Below are positions 50,001 through 61,629 of a stretch of DNA of 64,000 bases, piece after piece. A program made the translations under genes and the position numbers. Source of the stretch: Lama guanicoe (Eukaryota); the NCBI GenBank assembly GCA_013239625.1, contig MU053934.1:10517003-10581002 (forward strand), in the 5' to 3' direction. Numbering within the stretch: the stretch's first letter is position 1; every line of letters starts with the position of its first letter. Below the pieces are notes generated by a model. It was not told where the DNA came from. It did no database searches and was given only the letters and a program-made list of their open reading frames with translations.

Positions 50001-51659
50001 CCACTCCTCCTTGTCGTGTCTGCACTGGTGATGACCCAGGGCCCAGGGATCTGGTGCCAGCTTCCGTGGACTGCACACGTGGTGCCCAGAAGGCACCAGC
50101 ATCACGAGCTAGACGCGCAGGGACAGGAGAACAGGAAGCTTCGAGACTTGCTGTCATTTCATGTGTTGGCGGGTCTCAAACTTGTGAGCCCCTCCCCACC
50201 ATGAGCAGGTAAGAGTTCTGCCTGCCTTACCTGCCCAAAGGAAACGACCCAAACTCCCACTCCATCTCCTATAGCTCCCTGCGGCCCCCAGAGAGAGCTT
50301 GGGCAGTGGGGGACCCTACAGGTTACCAGCCCCTCCCCAAAGTCCACCCTGGTGCCCAACCTCGCTCAACAAGGGGGACGGTCCTTGCAACATTCCATTG
50401 GCCAGCCTTGGACCCGGCCCCATCCTGCTGTTCCCAGCCCTACCCTACACCTGTCACAGGATTGCTTGTTCTGTTCCCCACCAAGACACAGGTGGGAGAC
50501 ATGGAGGCAGGTGCACTGGAGGGCTGGAGCACCGCCTGGACGCATACATGGTTTAACGGTGTCTTTCTTCCACCTTCCAAACAGAACAGAGGCTAATTAA
50601 ATACCAGTGGTGTTGTGAACGCTCTGAGGCTCATTCTGATTTTAAGGATTTTTCAGGTCTTTTTAGACCTCTCTGAGTGGCACTAAAATGAGTAAGTTGC
50701 GAAGAGAGCACCGTTCTGTGGGTTTCTGCACAAGCCAAAGACTCCTTGTTAGTGAGCTTTTAAATAGCTTGCTCAGAGCTGCCAGCAGCTGCCTGTCTGG
50801 GATGGGCGACCTCGGGAAGAATCGGAGGCCCCTGACGCCGCAGACTTCTGAAGAGACGAGGGCAGGGGCAGGCGAGACGGGCGCCGGTTCCATCACATGT
50901 GTTCACGGACATCCAGGAGGGTGTGGGCTTGCAAGCGACAAGGACAGGAAAAAAGGCCATAAGTAAGCCTCTTCTATGGCGGAAGGCTTGATAGATCAGG
51001 CTGTAACACAGATGGAAGATGGCTTGGCCCCCACTAATGCAAACATATGGACTTGCTCATTGCCAGCCCGCATTTCCGGGAGAATATTTAATAGTTTAGA
51101 GGAAACATATTGCTTTAATATGACTTGCCTCTGGAAAACCGTTCTGTGGAGACACAGAGTGCTAATCTCTCTCTGTAGTTCCCATCTCACCACTGATGTG
51201 GCCTGGAGGAAGGATGTCTCCCAGGTGAGCTGTGGGGGCATCACTCAGAAGACGAACGTCACGCAGATCTCCTACTGCGGGCCTCACACTTGTCCGACTC
51301 AGCGTGCTTCTTGATGGTGGCAGGATGGGGACCAGCATCGCCAGGGGGCTGAGACCAGGGGAGTGGGGCTCAGTGCTGAGGCCACACTATCCTGGCCCTG
51401 GGAAAGGGGGTCCGGTGGGACTTGCCCCTGGTTGAGCAGTGGTTTTCAAATTGTGATATGCAGAACCCCTCAGCGCCCCCTGGAGGCGGGGTGGAGGTGA
51501 GGTGGGAAGATGGCGGACGGGGGTCTCAGATGCACCATCCTCTTAAGATGTTAGACCAGAGATGCTCTCTGTCTGGTTCACTGTTGTCTTCCCAACACAT
51601 ACCATGAAGTCTTCCGCCCGGCAGTGGCTATGTTCAAGAAAAATGGTCTTACCATTTAA

Positions 51660-54250
51660 ATGTCCTGTTTACTTTTTACAGCAATTTTTATGTTCACAAC
51701 AACATTGAGGGGGATGCACAGAGATTTCCCATGTGCCCCCTGCCCCTCCCCCCACACAGCCTCCCCCGCGATCAACACCCCCCACCAGAGTGAGGCATTT
51801 GTTACACTCAATGGACATGCACTGACACACCAGAAACTCCCAAAGCCCATCGTTTATATTGGGCTCCGTCTTGGTGATAATAATGTGTGTCCACCATTGT
51901 AAGACCATACAGAGCATTTCCACTGCCCTGAAAACCTTCTCTGCCCCATCTCCTTACCCTTTTCCTCCCAACGCCTGGCAACCACTGACGTTTTACTGTC
52001 TCTGTTGTTCTGCCTTTTCCAGAACATCTTAGAGTTGGAATTACACAGCATGTAGCCTTTTCAGATTGACTTCTTTCACTTAAAGATATGCATTTAAGTT
52101 TCCTTCTTATCTTTTCATGACTTGATAGTTCTTTTATCTTTAGCAATGAATAATATCCCATTGAGTGGATTGCCTACAGTTTATTTATCCATTCATCTAC
52201 TGACGGACATCTTGGTTCCTTCCACGTTTTGGCATTTATGAATGAAGCTGCTACAAACATTCACTTGCAGGTTTCTATGTGGTTGTAAGTTTTCAGCTTG
52301 TATTAACGAACCTGATGGCTGGATTGTGTGGTGAGGGTTGCCAAATTGTCTTCTGAGTGGCTGTACCATCTTGCCTTGCGACCAGCCATGAATGAGAGTT
52401 CCTGGTGCTCCACATTCTCACCAGCATCTGATGTTGTCAGTGCTCTGGGTCCTGGCTGTTCTAATAGGTGTGCAGTGGTACCATGTTGTTGTTTTGACTT
52501 GCATTTCCATGAGGACATAGGATGTAGACATCTTTTCACATGCTTATTTGCCATCTTCTTTTGTAAAGTATTGTTAAGATCTTTGCTCCTTTTTTAAAAT
52601 CTGGTTGTTTTCTTATTACTGAGTTTTAAGAGTTCTTTGAATATTTTGGATACCGACTTTTGTCAGATGTGTCCTTCGCAAATGTTTGCTCTCGGTCTGT
52701 GGTCTGTCTTCTCATTGCCTTGAAGTTGTCTTTCGCAGAGCAGAAGTTTCTAACTTTAATAAAGTGCTGCTTACCAATTATTTCCTTCCTGGATCATGCC
52801 TTTGGTGTGACCTCTGAAAACCCATTGCCACACCCAAGGTCCTCTAGGTTTTTCTGAGGTTATCTTCTAGGGGTTTTATAGTTTTGCAATGTACACTGGG
52901 TCCGTGATCCACTTTGAGTTACTTTTTTGTGAAGCGTGTGATGTCAGTACCTAGATTCAATGTTTTGCACATGGACATCCAGTTGTTCAAGCACCGTTTG
53001 TTGAAGAGAACGTCTTTGCCCCATCAGGCTGCCTTTGCTCCTTTGTCAGAGATCAGGTGACTGCAGTTATTTGGGTCTATTGCTGGCCTCTGTGTTCTGT
53101 TCCATTGACCTGTTTGTCTAGTCAAACCAACACCACACTGCCTTGATGGCAGCAGCTTTCTAGTAATCCCTGAAGCCAGTTACTGCCAGGCCTCCAACTT
53201 TCTTCTTCTCCTCTCAGTATTGTGTTGGCTATTCTGGGTCTTTACCTCTCCACATATTTTAAAATTGTTTATATCTATGAAATAACTTGCTAGGTTTTTG
53301 ATTGTGTTGAACCTGTAGATCAAGCTGGGCAGAACTGACATCTTGACAATATTGAGTCTTCCTATCCATGAACATGGGATATTTCTCCATTTATTTAGAG
53401 CTCACTGATTTTTTAAATCAGAGTTTTATAGTTTTCCTTTTATAAATCTTGTACATATTTCATCATATTTATATCTATGTATTTTACTTTCTTGGGTGTT
53501 AATGTATGTAATATTTTGTCTTTAATGTCAAATATCACCTGTTCATTGATGGTATATAGGAAAGCAATTGACTTTTGTATTTTAACCTTGTATCCTGAAA
53601 CCTTCTTGTAATTACTTACTAGTTTCAGGAATTTTTTAATCAATTATTTTGGATTTTCTACATAAATAGCTATGTAATCTGTGAACAAAGATAGTTTTAT
53701 GCAGTCCTTTCCAATCTATACACATTTTTCCTCTTTACTTGCCTTCTTGCATTACCAAGGACTTCTAGGATACTGTTGAAAAGCAGTGGTGAGAGCGGAC
53801 ATCCTTGCTTTGTACCTAAGCTTAGTGGGAAAAATTGAGTTTCTCATCATTAAATGTGATGTTAGCTGTAAGGTCTTTGTAGATAGTCTTTATCGAGTTC
53901 AGAAAGTTTCTCTTTACTCCCAGTTTACTGAGAGCTTTTGTCATGAACGGGTGCTAGAGTTTGTCAAATGCTTTTTCTGCTTCTCTTAATATGATCATGT
54001 GATTTTTTTTTTTGTCTGTTGATGGGATTGATTTTATCAACTGATTTTTGAATGTTGAAACAGCCTTGCATATCCAAGACAAATCACACTTGGTCATAGC
54101 GTATAATTTTTTTCATGCTTTCCTGGATTTGATTTGCCAATATTTGTTGAGGGTATTTGCATCTATGTTTATGAAAGAAACTGGTCTGCAGCTTTCTTTT
54201 TTTTTTTGTAATGTCTTTGTCTGGTTTTGATATTGGTTTAATGCTGATCT
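51660..54250 (-). mobile_element. L1MC1/2-like element, ~2.6 kb (ORF2 C-terminal half plus 3' UTR)
   Basis: acagagatttcccatgtgccccctgccc...cccccaccagagtgaggcatttgttaca 3' UTR, followed by continuous antisense ORF2 (53440-53643 reads ...KVSGYKVKIQKSIAFLYTINEQ). Confidence 0.92.
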
Positions 54251-54719
54251 CTTAATTTTTTAAAAAACCACTTGTTTACAGCAATCATGCTGACCCCAAA
54301 TGTGTTCCTCCTGGAGATGGATCAGGAGGCAGTTTGCTATTAATGAGGGTCCCTGGATTTGTGCTCTGTCACCAAGTAGGGATGCTCCTGAGAGGAGCTG
54401 GAGGCCATTGGCCCAACCCTTAGAGGCTCTGGCTGAGGAGGTTTAGGTGGGGAATGTGGTGGAATCTCCTGGATATTCACATGGGTACCTTGGGGAGGAA
54501 CCACTGCTCCAAAGGGACCCTTCCAGGACTCCTCCAAACAGCCAATGGCCCCTCACGGGAGAGTTGAGGCCACATGTTCTCAATTCTGGGTTCAGCAGTA
54601 AAACATCCTATCCATCAAGATAACATCTGTGAATAAGCACATGGCCCCTTTGGTGGAAAGTGTTGTGTGTTGATCCAACAGGTCGCTCCCCCTGGAAAGA
54701 CTAACTGGCTTCCTGCAAA

Positions 54720-55146
54720 GTGTGAGGAGGCCTGTGCTCTCTCTAAAACCCACGGGAAAGGGTCCTTCTTTGCTTCTTCCCAGCTTCTGGTGGTGCCAGA
54801 GAGCCGCGGTGCTCCTTGGTTTGCTGCTGTGTAACTCCAACTGCTGCCTCCACTGTCATGTTCCATTCTCCCTGCAAGACCCTGTGTCTCCCTGTCTGTC
54901 TCCCTGCATGTCCCTGTGTCTCCCTGTCTGTCTCCCTGTGTGTCTCTGTGTCTCCCCTTGTGTCTCTGTCTGGCTTTTCTCTCATAAAGACACATCCTAT
55001 TGGCTTAGGGGCCCACCCCACTGCAATGTGGACTTAACTAATTATATCTGCAATGACCTTACTTCCAAATAATTTCACATTCTGCCATTCTAGCGATTAA
55101 GATTTCAACATATCTTTTCTGGAGAGACATAATTCAACCCGTAATA
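54720..55146 (-). mobile_element. MaLR LTR (MLT1C-like)
   Basis: cttcccagcttctggtggtgcc...ttaggggcccacccc...actaattatatctgcaatgaccttacttccaaataa...ataattcaacccgtaata. Confidence 0.85.
54868..54963. repeat. 32 bp x 3 degenerate minisatellite inside the MaLR LTR
   Basis: ctccctgcaagaccctgtgtctccctgtctgt / ctccctgcatgtccctgtgtctccctgtctgt / ctccctgtgtgtctctgtgtctccccttgtgt. Confidence 0.85.
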
Positions 55147-55379
55147 GAATGGATGAATGTTTTCCTTAGGTTTTATAACAGGCATTTTCCTTAGTATAAA
55201 AATAAAGTTTGTTCTCAAGTTTTTCAAAGATGAAGAAAACATAAGTGTCTGTAATGTCTCCCTGATAACTGTGAATAATAGTTTTGAAAGATACTGGGAT
55301 CATCCTTTATATATGCCTCTGATCCCTTTTATGTTTTTCGTATGGTGAGAATTTTCTATGTCATCAAATATTATTATTT

Positions 55380-55558
55380 GAAGTCAGAAAGAGAAAGGAA
55401 AATACCATATGACATTGCTTATGTGTGGAATCTGAAAAAAAAGGACACGAACTTATCTACAAAAGAGAAACAGACTCACAGGCATAGAGGACAAACTTAT
55501 GGTTACTGGGGGTGGGGAAGGGGATGGGAAGGGATAAACTGGGAATTTGAATCTTGCA
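55380..55558 (+). mobile_element. Camelid-type L1 3' fragment
   Basis: aagtcagaaagagaaaggaaaataccatatgac...gaaacagactcacaggcatagaggacaaacttatggttac...gggaagggataaactgggaattt. Confidence 0.85.
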
Positions 55559-55559
55559 C

Positions 55560-55710
55560 CTCTTGGGGACTGATGGAGTGTTAGCTCTCTTGACTGTGGG
55601 GGTGGTTTCGTGGGTGTACACATCCATCAAAATTCATCAGGTTGTACATCTGAAATATGTGTAGTTTACTGTACAGGGATCGTACCGCAATAAAGGTGTT
55701 AAAAATTATT
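55560..55710 (+). mobile_element. Old L1M 3' terminus
   Basis: tcttgactgtgggggtggtttcgtgggtgtacacatccatcaaaattcatcaggttgtaca...caataaaggtgttaaaa. Confidence 0.8.
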
Positions 55711-56682
55711 TGAAAACAACTTTTTTCAGAGGGGAGATGTGTGCCACAGTTTACCGTTTCTGGGCTGCTGAGCACGTGTGGGCTGCGTTTTCAGACTGGG
55801 AAGGGGGGCAGACCCCAGACCTCACAGCCTCTGCTTTGCCACCAGGGAGGAAAGGTCCCTCATCTCATCCCAGGGAAGGACACCCACTGGCTTCCCTTGG
55901 CCAATCAGCAGTCTCCGGGGTGGGGTTCTGTGCTTGGCCACGCCCACCAGAGCCGAAGACATGGGGAAGCAGCATCCTCTCCTGGAAGAGGAGGGCTGGC
56001 GCTTCCCGGCAGAGGGGACCCCGCGGGACAAGCACAGAGCAGATGCCTGCTGCAGGTGACACTCTGAGCTCACTGCCGAAAAGGAGCAGTGGTTTCCTAG
56101 GCAGACAGGGTGTCCCAGGGAGAGAGAGCAGCCTTGTGAGCAGGGAACGCACAGCCATCCGGATCACAAACTCTGACAGGCAGAGCCTGAGAGTCAGGAC
56201 AGGTGCCCAAGAGGCTGGCGGGCCGTGTGGAGGGGTCTGCGTCTTCTCATGCGAGCAGTGCGGTGTGACAACGCCCCTGCCACCCTGGTTAAGGGATATC
56301 CCATCTCTCTGACCTTCCTGCAAACACCTGTGTCCCCACTTTGTTCGGGGACATCGTGCCTCGCTCCGGATGCACACTCAGCCTCTCTTCCCAGACGCGT
56401 TGTCCTTCACAATGTTCTCCCTCAGATATGTGACTAACGACTGTCCAGTCAGGACCCTGGTGCCCAGGGAGGTGTCCTTATAACTCCGACTTAGCAAACC
56501 TGGTTTCTGGCAACGTGTGACAAGACAAACCCACAGCTCAAGAAATATCCTATTTTTAAAGCAAAGGTGGTTATCCTTGGACTTTGAACCCTCCCCCGTC
56601 TTTTGGGATAAATCCTTACTGGGGTCAAGAGAGAAGGCTGGGGGTCTTCACTGCTGCTTACACATACCCTCCGCTCCTTCAG

Positions 56683-56837
56683 ATCTCCGGGTTCCAGTTG
56701 GTGCAGGGCCTAATTAAATCCATAGCTGAAGACGCATCCCAGCATGACATAATGCAGAAGCTGGAAGCAGCTTCAGCGGGCGTGGAGGACCCACAAATCG
56801 AGCTTCGTTGTTGCTTTGCGGCTAGAAAGGCTGGCAG
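56683..56837 (+). other. Candidate internal exon (155 nt), one open frame
   Basis: Branch-like CTTAC (56657-56661), pyrimidine tract and CAG acceptor; CAG|GTGAGG donor. The only stop-free frame reads ISGFQLVQGLIKSIAEDASQHDIMQKLEAASAGVEDPQIELRCCFAARKAG. No homologue recognised. Confidence 0.3.
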
Positions 56838-57189
56838 GTGAGGAGGGGCCTCTGCTCAGCGAGGCGCCCACCTGCAGGGTGCGTGTGACTTGCGGTGTCT
56901 CGTGGCGGAGGTGGGAGATCCACCAGTAGCTGTAAGAGCTGTGGGCTCGGGATCCAGATCCGGGGTCAGCCACAGAAAACTGGGGCAACTGATGCCTGTG
57001 GGATTGTGACTGAGTCTGTCTCCGTCAGGGTACCATCTCCCTGAGAGTGGGGACCGCTTCCAACTCGCGCCTGGAGCACGGGGACCAACAGAAGGATTTA
57101 AGTCAATAAGGAGCGAGGAAAAAGATCGAGGGGCGGACGTGCCCAGGCTGAGCAGGAGGGGCGGGAGGAGGCAAGCCTGGAGCCCCAGG

Positions 57190-57996
57190 TGTGGGCTTCC
57201 CCACACCAGCCAACTGTCCATCACCAACCGGGCGTCCTACAACTCAACCCATCCGCACGCTGACGCCTGCGGTCAGCGCAGGCCCACGACGTAAGCGCTC
57301 CATCCCCCGAGGCGGCTTCCAGCTGTAAGTCTCAGGGGCAACCCGTGCTCCTGAGCAACCGCTGAACATCCCAGGTTCCCACAGACCCCTCCCCTTAGGT
57401 CCGATAATCGGCTTGAAAACTCAGAAAAACACTTTACTTGTGTTTACCACTTGATGATAAAAGATACAATTCAGACAGAGACAAATGAAGAGGTGCCACC
57501 CAGCAAGGGGTGGGGGCGGGGCTCCGAGCATCTGGGCCCCGCCCTGCGCGTCCAGGCCCCTCCCCCGCATCCAGGCCCCTCCCCGTGTGTCCAGGCCCCT
57601 CCCCCGCGTCCAGGCCCCTCCCCCGCATCCAGGCCCCTCCCCGTGCGTCCAGGCCACTCCCCCGCGGCTGCCGGCCCAGAACACCTCCAATCGCATTGCT
57701 CAGGTGCCTTTATGGGGCTCAGTCTCCAGCCCGCGAGCCTCCCTGGAGGTGGAGGGGGTGGGACTGAAATTCCCACTATGTTTCTGGGTGGTCTTCCTGG
57801 TCACCAACCCCCAACCTCAGGCTGTTTAGGGTCCCCCCTTGTCACCTCGTTAGCATAAACTCAGGTGCGATCAAAAGGGGCTCCTTAAGAAGAACGAAAG
57901 TTATCTCTGGGGGAATTCCAAGGGTTTTCAGAGCCCTGTGCCCGTAACTGGGAACAAAGACTGCACAGTTTTTCTTTCTTTCTTTCCGACACCACA
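57190..57996 (-). mobile_element. MER21-family solo LTR containing a VNTR
   Basis: aactcagaaaaacactttacttgtgtttacc, cctccctggaggtggagggggtgggactgaaattccca, cacctcgttagcataaactcagg, ggaattccaagggttttcagagc...caccaca. Confidence 0.88.
57531..57666. repeat. GC-rich minisatellite, 7 units of 19-20 bp
   Basis: Unit tccaggcccctcccc(cgca/gtgtg/cgcg); units start at 57531, 57551, 57570, 57590, 57609, 57628 and 57648. Confidence 0.95.
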
Positions 57997-58984
57997 CCAG
58001 AGAGCCCCCCACTGGGCGGAGGAAGAGAAGGTTTTTAAGGAGGTCAAAGGGTATAACCGTAAAAATGAGAGGAAACCCAAGAGGAGAGGTCCCAGGGAAT
58101 CCAGGGAGCAAAGTTTCGCGGTGGAGGGAGGGTCCCCTTGGCCACCCCGGGCTGGTCATTTGGGGCTGTGGTCTCTCGGGCCCGAGGCCAGGCCTTTTAG
58201 CTCCTGGTTAATCTTTCTTTCCGTCACACCCTGGATATGATAATAAATGCATTTTCGGCACAGACAGGTCTTTCCTTCCAGAGTTCCCTTTGGCATCCTC
58301 TGGTCTCGTCCTTTTCCCAGCTTCCCCTCCAGCATCCACCTGCAGACAAGGGGCTGGCTGAGGCCCCGAGCTCCAGGTCCTCTTTGCCTCACTCTTTGTC
58401 CACTCTGCACCCCTCCCTGCCCCGCGCTGGTTGCTCTGAGATTGGACCATCCAGGGACGGGCCCAGCCAGGGAGGATGCCAACCAGGCTGCCTGAGTGAC
58501 AGAGGGAAAGCCAGCCGGAGCCCCCGGACTTCCGTCTCAGGGAGATGCTGCTGACCACAACCAGGACAAGGCTCCCAGGGAGGCTGAGGCACCCTGCCTG
58601 CACAGACAGGGCTGGGCATGCTGATTCGACCTAACAAGCTGCAGTGATCGCCCGAAACATGTCTCTTCTTTCTCACATAAACACAATCTGCTTCCCCAGA
58701 AACACTGCCATAAACAGACACCAGGCGTCCCGAACCAAGACCGCACGCTTGGAGCACACCCCCTCCCACCCTCCTTCCCAGGGATTCCTGGGAGCCCAGC
58801 TCCAAGAGGGGTCTTCTGGGTGACCTTGCCTGGCCCTGCCCGTCACGCTGTGACATCTGCCCCTCTAGCAGTGATGTCCCCTCAGAACTGTCTCCCTGCA
58901 GAACCCAGACTGTCGGGTCAAAGGCCCAGGTACCCAGCCCAGCACCTGACACAGGTACTGTTCACCAAGCACCTTCCATGTGTC

Positions 58985-59100
58985 CTCGACAAAGAGGATG
59001 CAGAAGCTCAGAGAGGCCAAGTCACTGCCTGGAGATCACACAGCTAGAGGGCAGTGGAGAGAAGGTCAAGCTAAGAGTTTCTGATTTCTAAGCCCATTCC
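58985..59100 (-). mobile_element. MIR relic
   Basis: gaagctcagagaggccaagtcactgcctggagatcacacagctag...tctgatttctaagccc. Confidence 0.75.
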
Positions 59101-61249
59101 TATTCTCAGCATGAGTCAAAAGGGTCTTCCATCCACAGTCTTACTGAAGATGCTTCCAGATCTTTCCAGGGAGAGCAGAGTATGTGCACAGTTCTTTGCT
59201 TTCTAGCTGTGCTGTGTTCTCCATTTTCCTCATTAAGTCTTAGCCTATTAATAACCACCCATTTGTCTTAATTCAATAAAAAGATGATTGATTGTATTTG
59301 CAGCGGTTTCATCGAACTCATGAAGGTGATGGATGGGTCGCACAGTGAGGAAGCCTCGGGGAAAGCCACGTGCTTGCACTTGCTTGGAAAGGGCTGGGTT
59401 CCTCTCTGTCTCACCACACGTTCTGAAACAGAAGTTTAAAAAAACGTACACACTTCATATCCTCCAGGATAGAACGCAAAGCAGAATTCCCTTGAAGTTT
59501 GCCTCCCTTGTCCTTGATCCTGGGGCTTGTGGAGGGAGCTTCAGTGATTTTTTTTTTTTTCCATTCGGTCATTAGCTGCAACCCACTTACTTGTGTGCTT
59601 ATAGGAAGAGCGGGGTGGACTTCTCTGTCCTGGGGATGAGGTAGCGAGGCCACTCAGGTAGTGATGCGTGAAGCCCAGAGCCACGCTGAGTCCAACTCAG
59701 GGCCTCTCCTGCCCACCTGAAGAGCTGGTCACAGGTGCCTGTTTTAGCAGCGGTCATGTCCTGATGTCACAGGCACCTGCTGAGGGACGGCTCTGAAGAA
59801 TGTCTGTCACCAGCACTCCCAGGCTCGCAGCCAGCCGAGCACCACTGACAAGGGCCGGCTCCCCGGACAGGACCCTCCATGCCCAGCCCACCTTCCTGAT
59901 CTGACCACACACCAGCCCACACAGCCCAGTGTGGCTTTTAGTCTTGTCTTTAAGGCTCTGTGGGGCCTGACCATCTCAGAACCTTCCAGACCCTTCCCTG
60001 AGACTCTGCCCATGAGTCCTGGCTGTCCCTTCCTAGGCACATGGTAACTCATTCCTCCCCTTTAAATGCAGAGATTCTGTGCACTGGTCTCTAGACTTAG
60101 GGGTCCAGTGACAAATCCCCTCTCCCCAGCCTTGGCCAGCAGCCATGTCTGGCTGCCTGTCCGCCTTCCCACCCTGTCCTCCCTTCAGCTGCCCCAGGTC
60201 TGCCCAGGGGGTCATGCTGGCCCAGTGGCTGTGGTCACACATTCACTAAGCCAGAAGCGGAAGGGGTGAGGACAACAGAGCAGAGCCAGCTGCAAAGCAA
60301 CGGGCCCTTCTCTTCTGGCTCCTGGTCTTGGAGTCGGCCCTCGTGCCGGGAGAGGCGGCACACGTGAACCTCCCGGGAAACATCCTCCCAGCGCTGAATT
60401 ATTTTGCCCCTCATTTCAGCCAATATCTCAGAACCCCAGGAAAGAGTTCTAATCAATAGGCTGTGAGGATGATGAAAACCTATTACTGGGAAAGAAACAC
60501 ATTATTAGACAGATCAAAGGATAATGAGGCTCCGAGGAAGGGGGTTGGGGGGGGCTCCCGAGCTCTGCGGCCCACGCCGTGTGCTGGTTTTCTCCCTTAG
60601 AGTGGATCACATGTCTAAATGGTCTCTTTGTGTAGCGCCTCTTCCATTAATGTCTCCAAAGACAAAATCAAGAACTGTCATTAGTGCTTTTCTGGGGGTA
60701 CGAGTTCCTAGAACCCAGGAGAGCCGCTGGTTGCTTGGTCTTGTCTGGAGATGCTGCGGACGGCTTCCTGCCCTGCAGAGCTCGGGGCAGAGGACACGGG
60801 CATGGCCGAGGGTCCTGGTTGCTGCGAGCAGCCCCCCATTCCAGCATTGACCCCGAGGGGCGCAAGGCCTGGGCCGGGCAGCTCCAGCTCAAGGCCTCGA
60901 GGCAGGACGGTGGGATGAGCATGGCCCCGTCCCCCTTGCTCCCAAAGGGCCTGCCCAGTGTTCACGCGCGATCCCGGCACTCTGGGCCGCACCACAGATG
61001 TGCTTCTGGTAGAAGCTCCCGGACTCTAGACTCTCCCCGGGGCACCTCTGGGTTGGTTTCCTCAAGGAGGCTCTCCCAAATTCCAGGGGGAGGACAGGAC
61101 ATTGGTGAAGGGGGGCAGGAGGATTAGGCAAGTGAGCCTGGTGATTGAAGAGAGCGCCCCCTAAAACGCCAGACAGGAAACGGAGTCCGGCGGACAGCCG
61201 TGCACCCCCCGCCTGGGCGCGGCTGGGACCCGTGCTCTGTGGTGGCCCT

Positions 61250-61421
61250 ACTGGCCAATGAAGATGCAGGACACCCAGTTACATCTGAATTTCAGATGAA
61301 GTGCAAACATTTTTTTCACTATGTGTATGTCCCAAACGTTGCAAAAGACATATGAAAACATTACTGGTTTCTCTGAAATTCAGATTTAACTGGGTGTCCT
61401 GTGTTTTATCCGGCAACCCCA
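61250..61421. mobile_element. MER53 palindromic non-autonomous DNA transposon
   Basis: caggacacccagttacatctgaatttcaga...tatgtcccaaacgttgc...tctgaaattcagatttaactgggtgtcctgtgttttatccggcaaccc. Confidence 0.9.
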
Positions 61422-61629
61422 TGCAGGGTCCCTGGTACCAAATCTGAACCCTTTTTCTTGCACGTTCTCAGAAATGAAAAGCTGAGTGAGGCAGCCGTTT
61501 CATCACTCACTCGCTCACAAATGACTCATCTGCTCATTGAAGTTCTGTCATCTGACAGGCACAGGGACAGATGTCGGAGCTACCAGTGTGAATAAGACAG
61601 GGTCCCCCTGGCGAGCGGAGGATTAGAGC

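Noticed and set aside
51437..51560. hAT (MER5/MER58-like) element starting CAGTGGTTTTCAAA
   Set aside because: Only the terminal motif is recognisable; too little to call.
57531..57666. CRISPR-like array
   Set aside because: Head-to-tail units with no unique spacers, eukaryotic context and no cas genes; it is a minisatellite.
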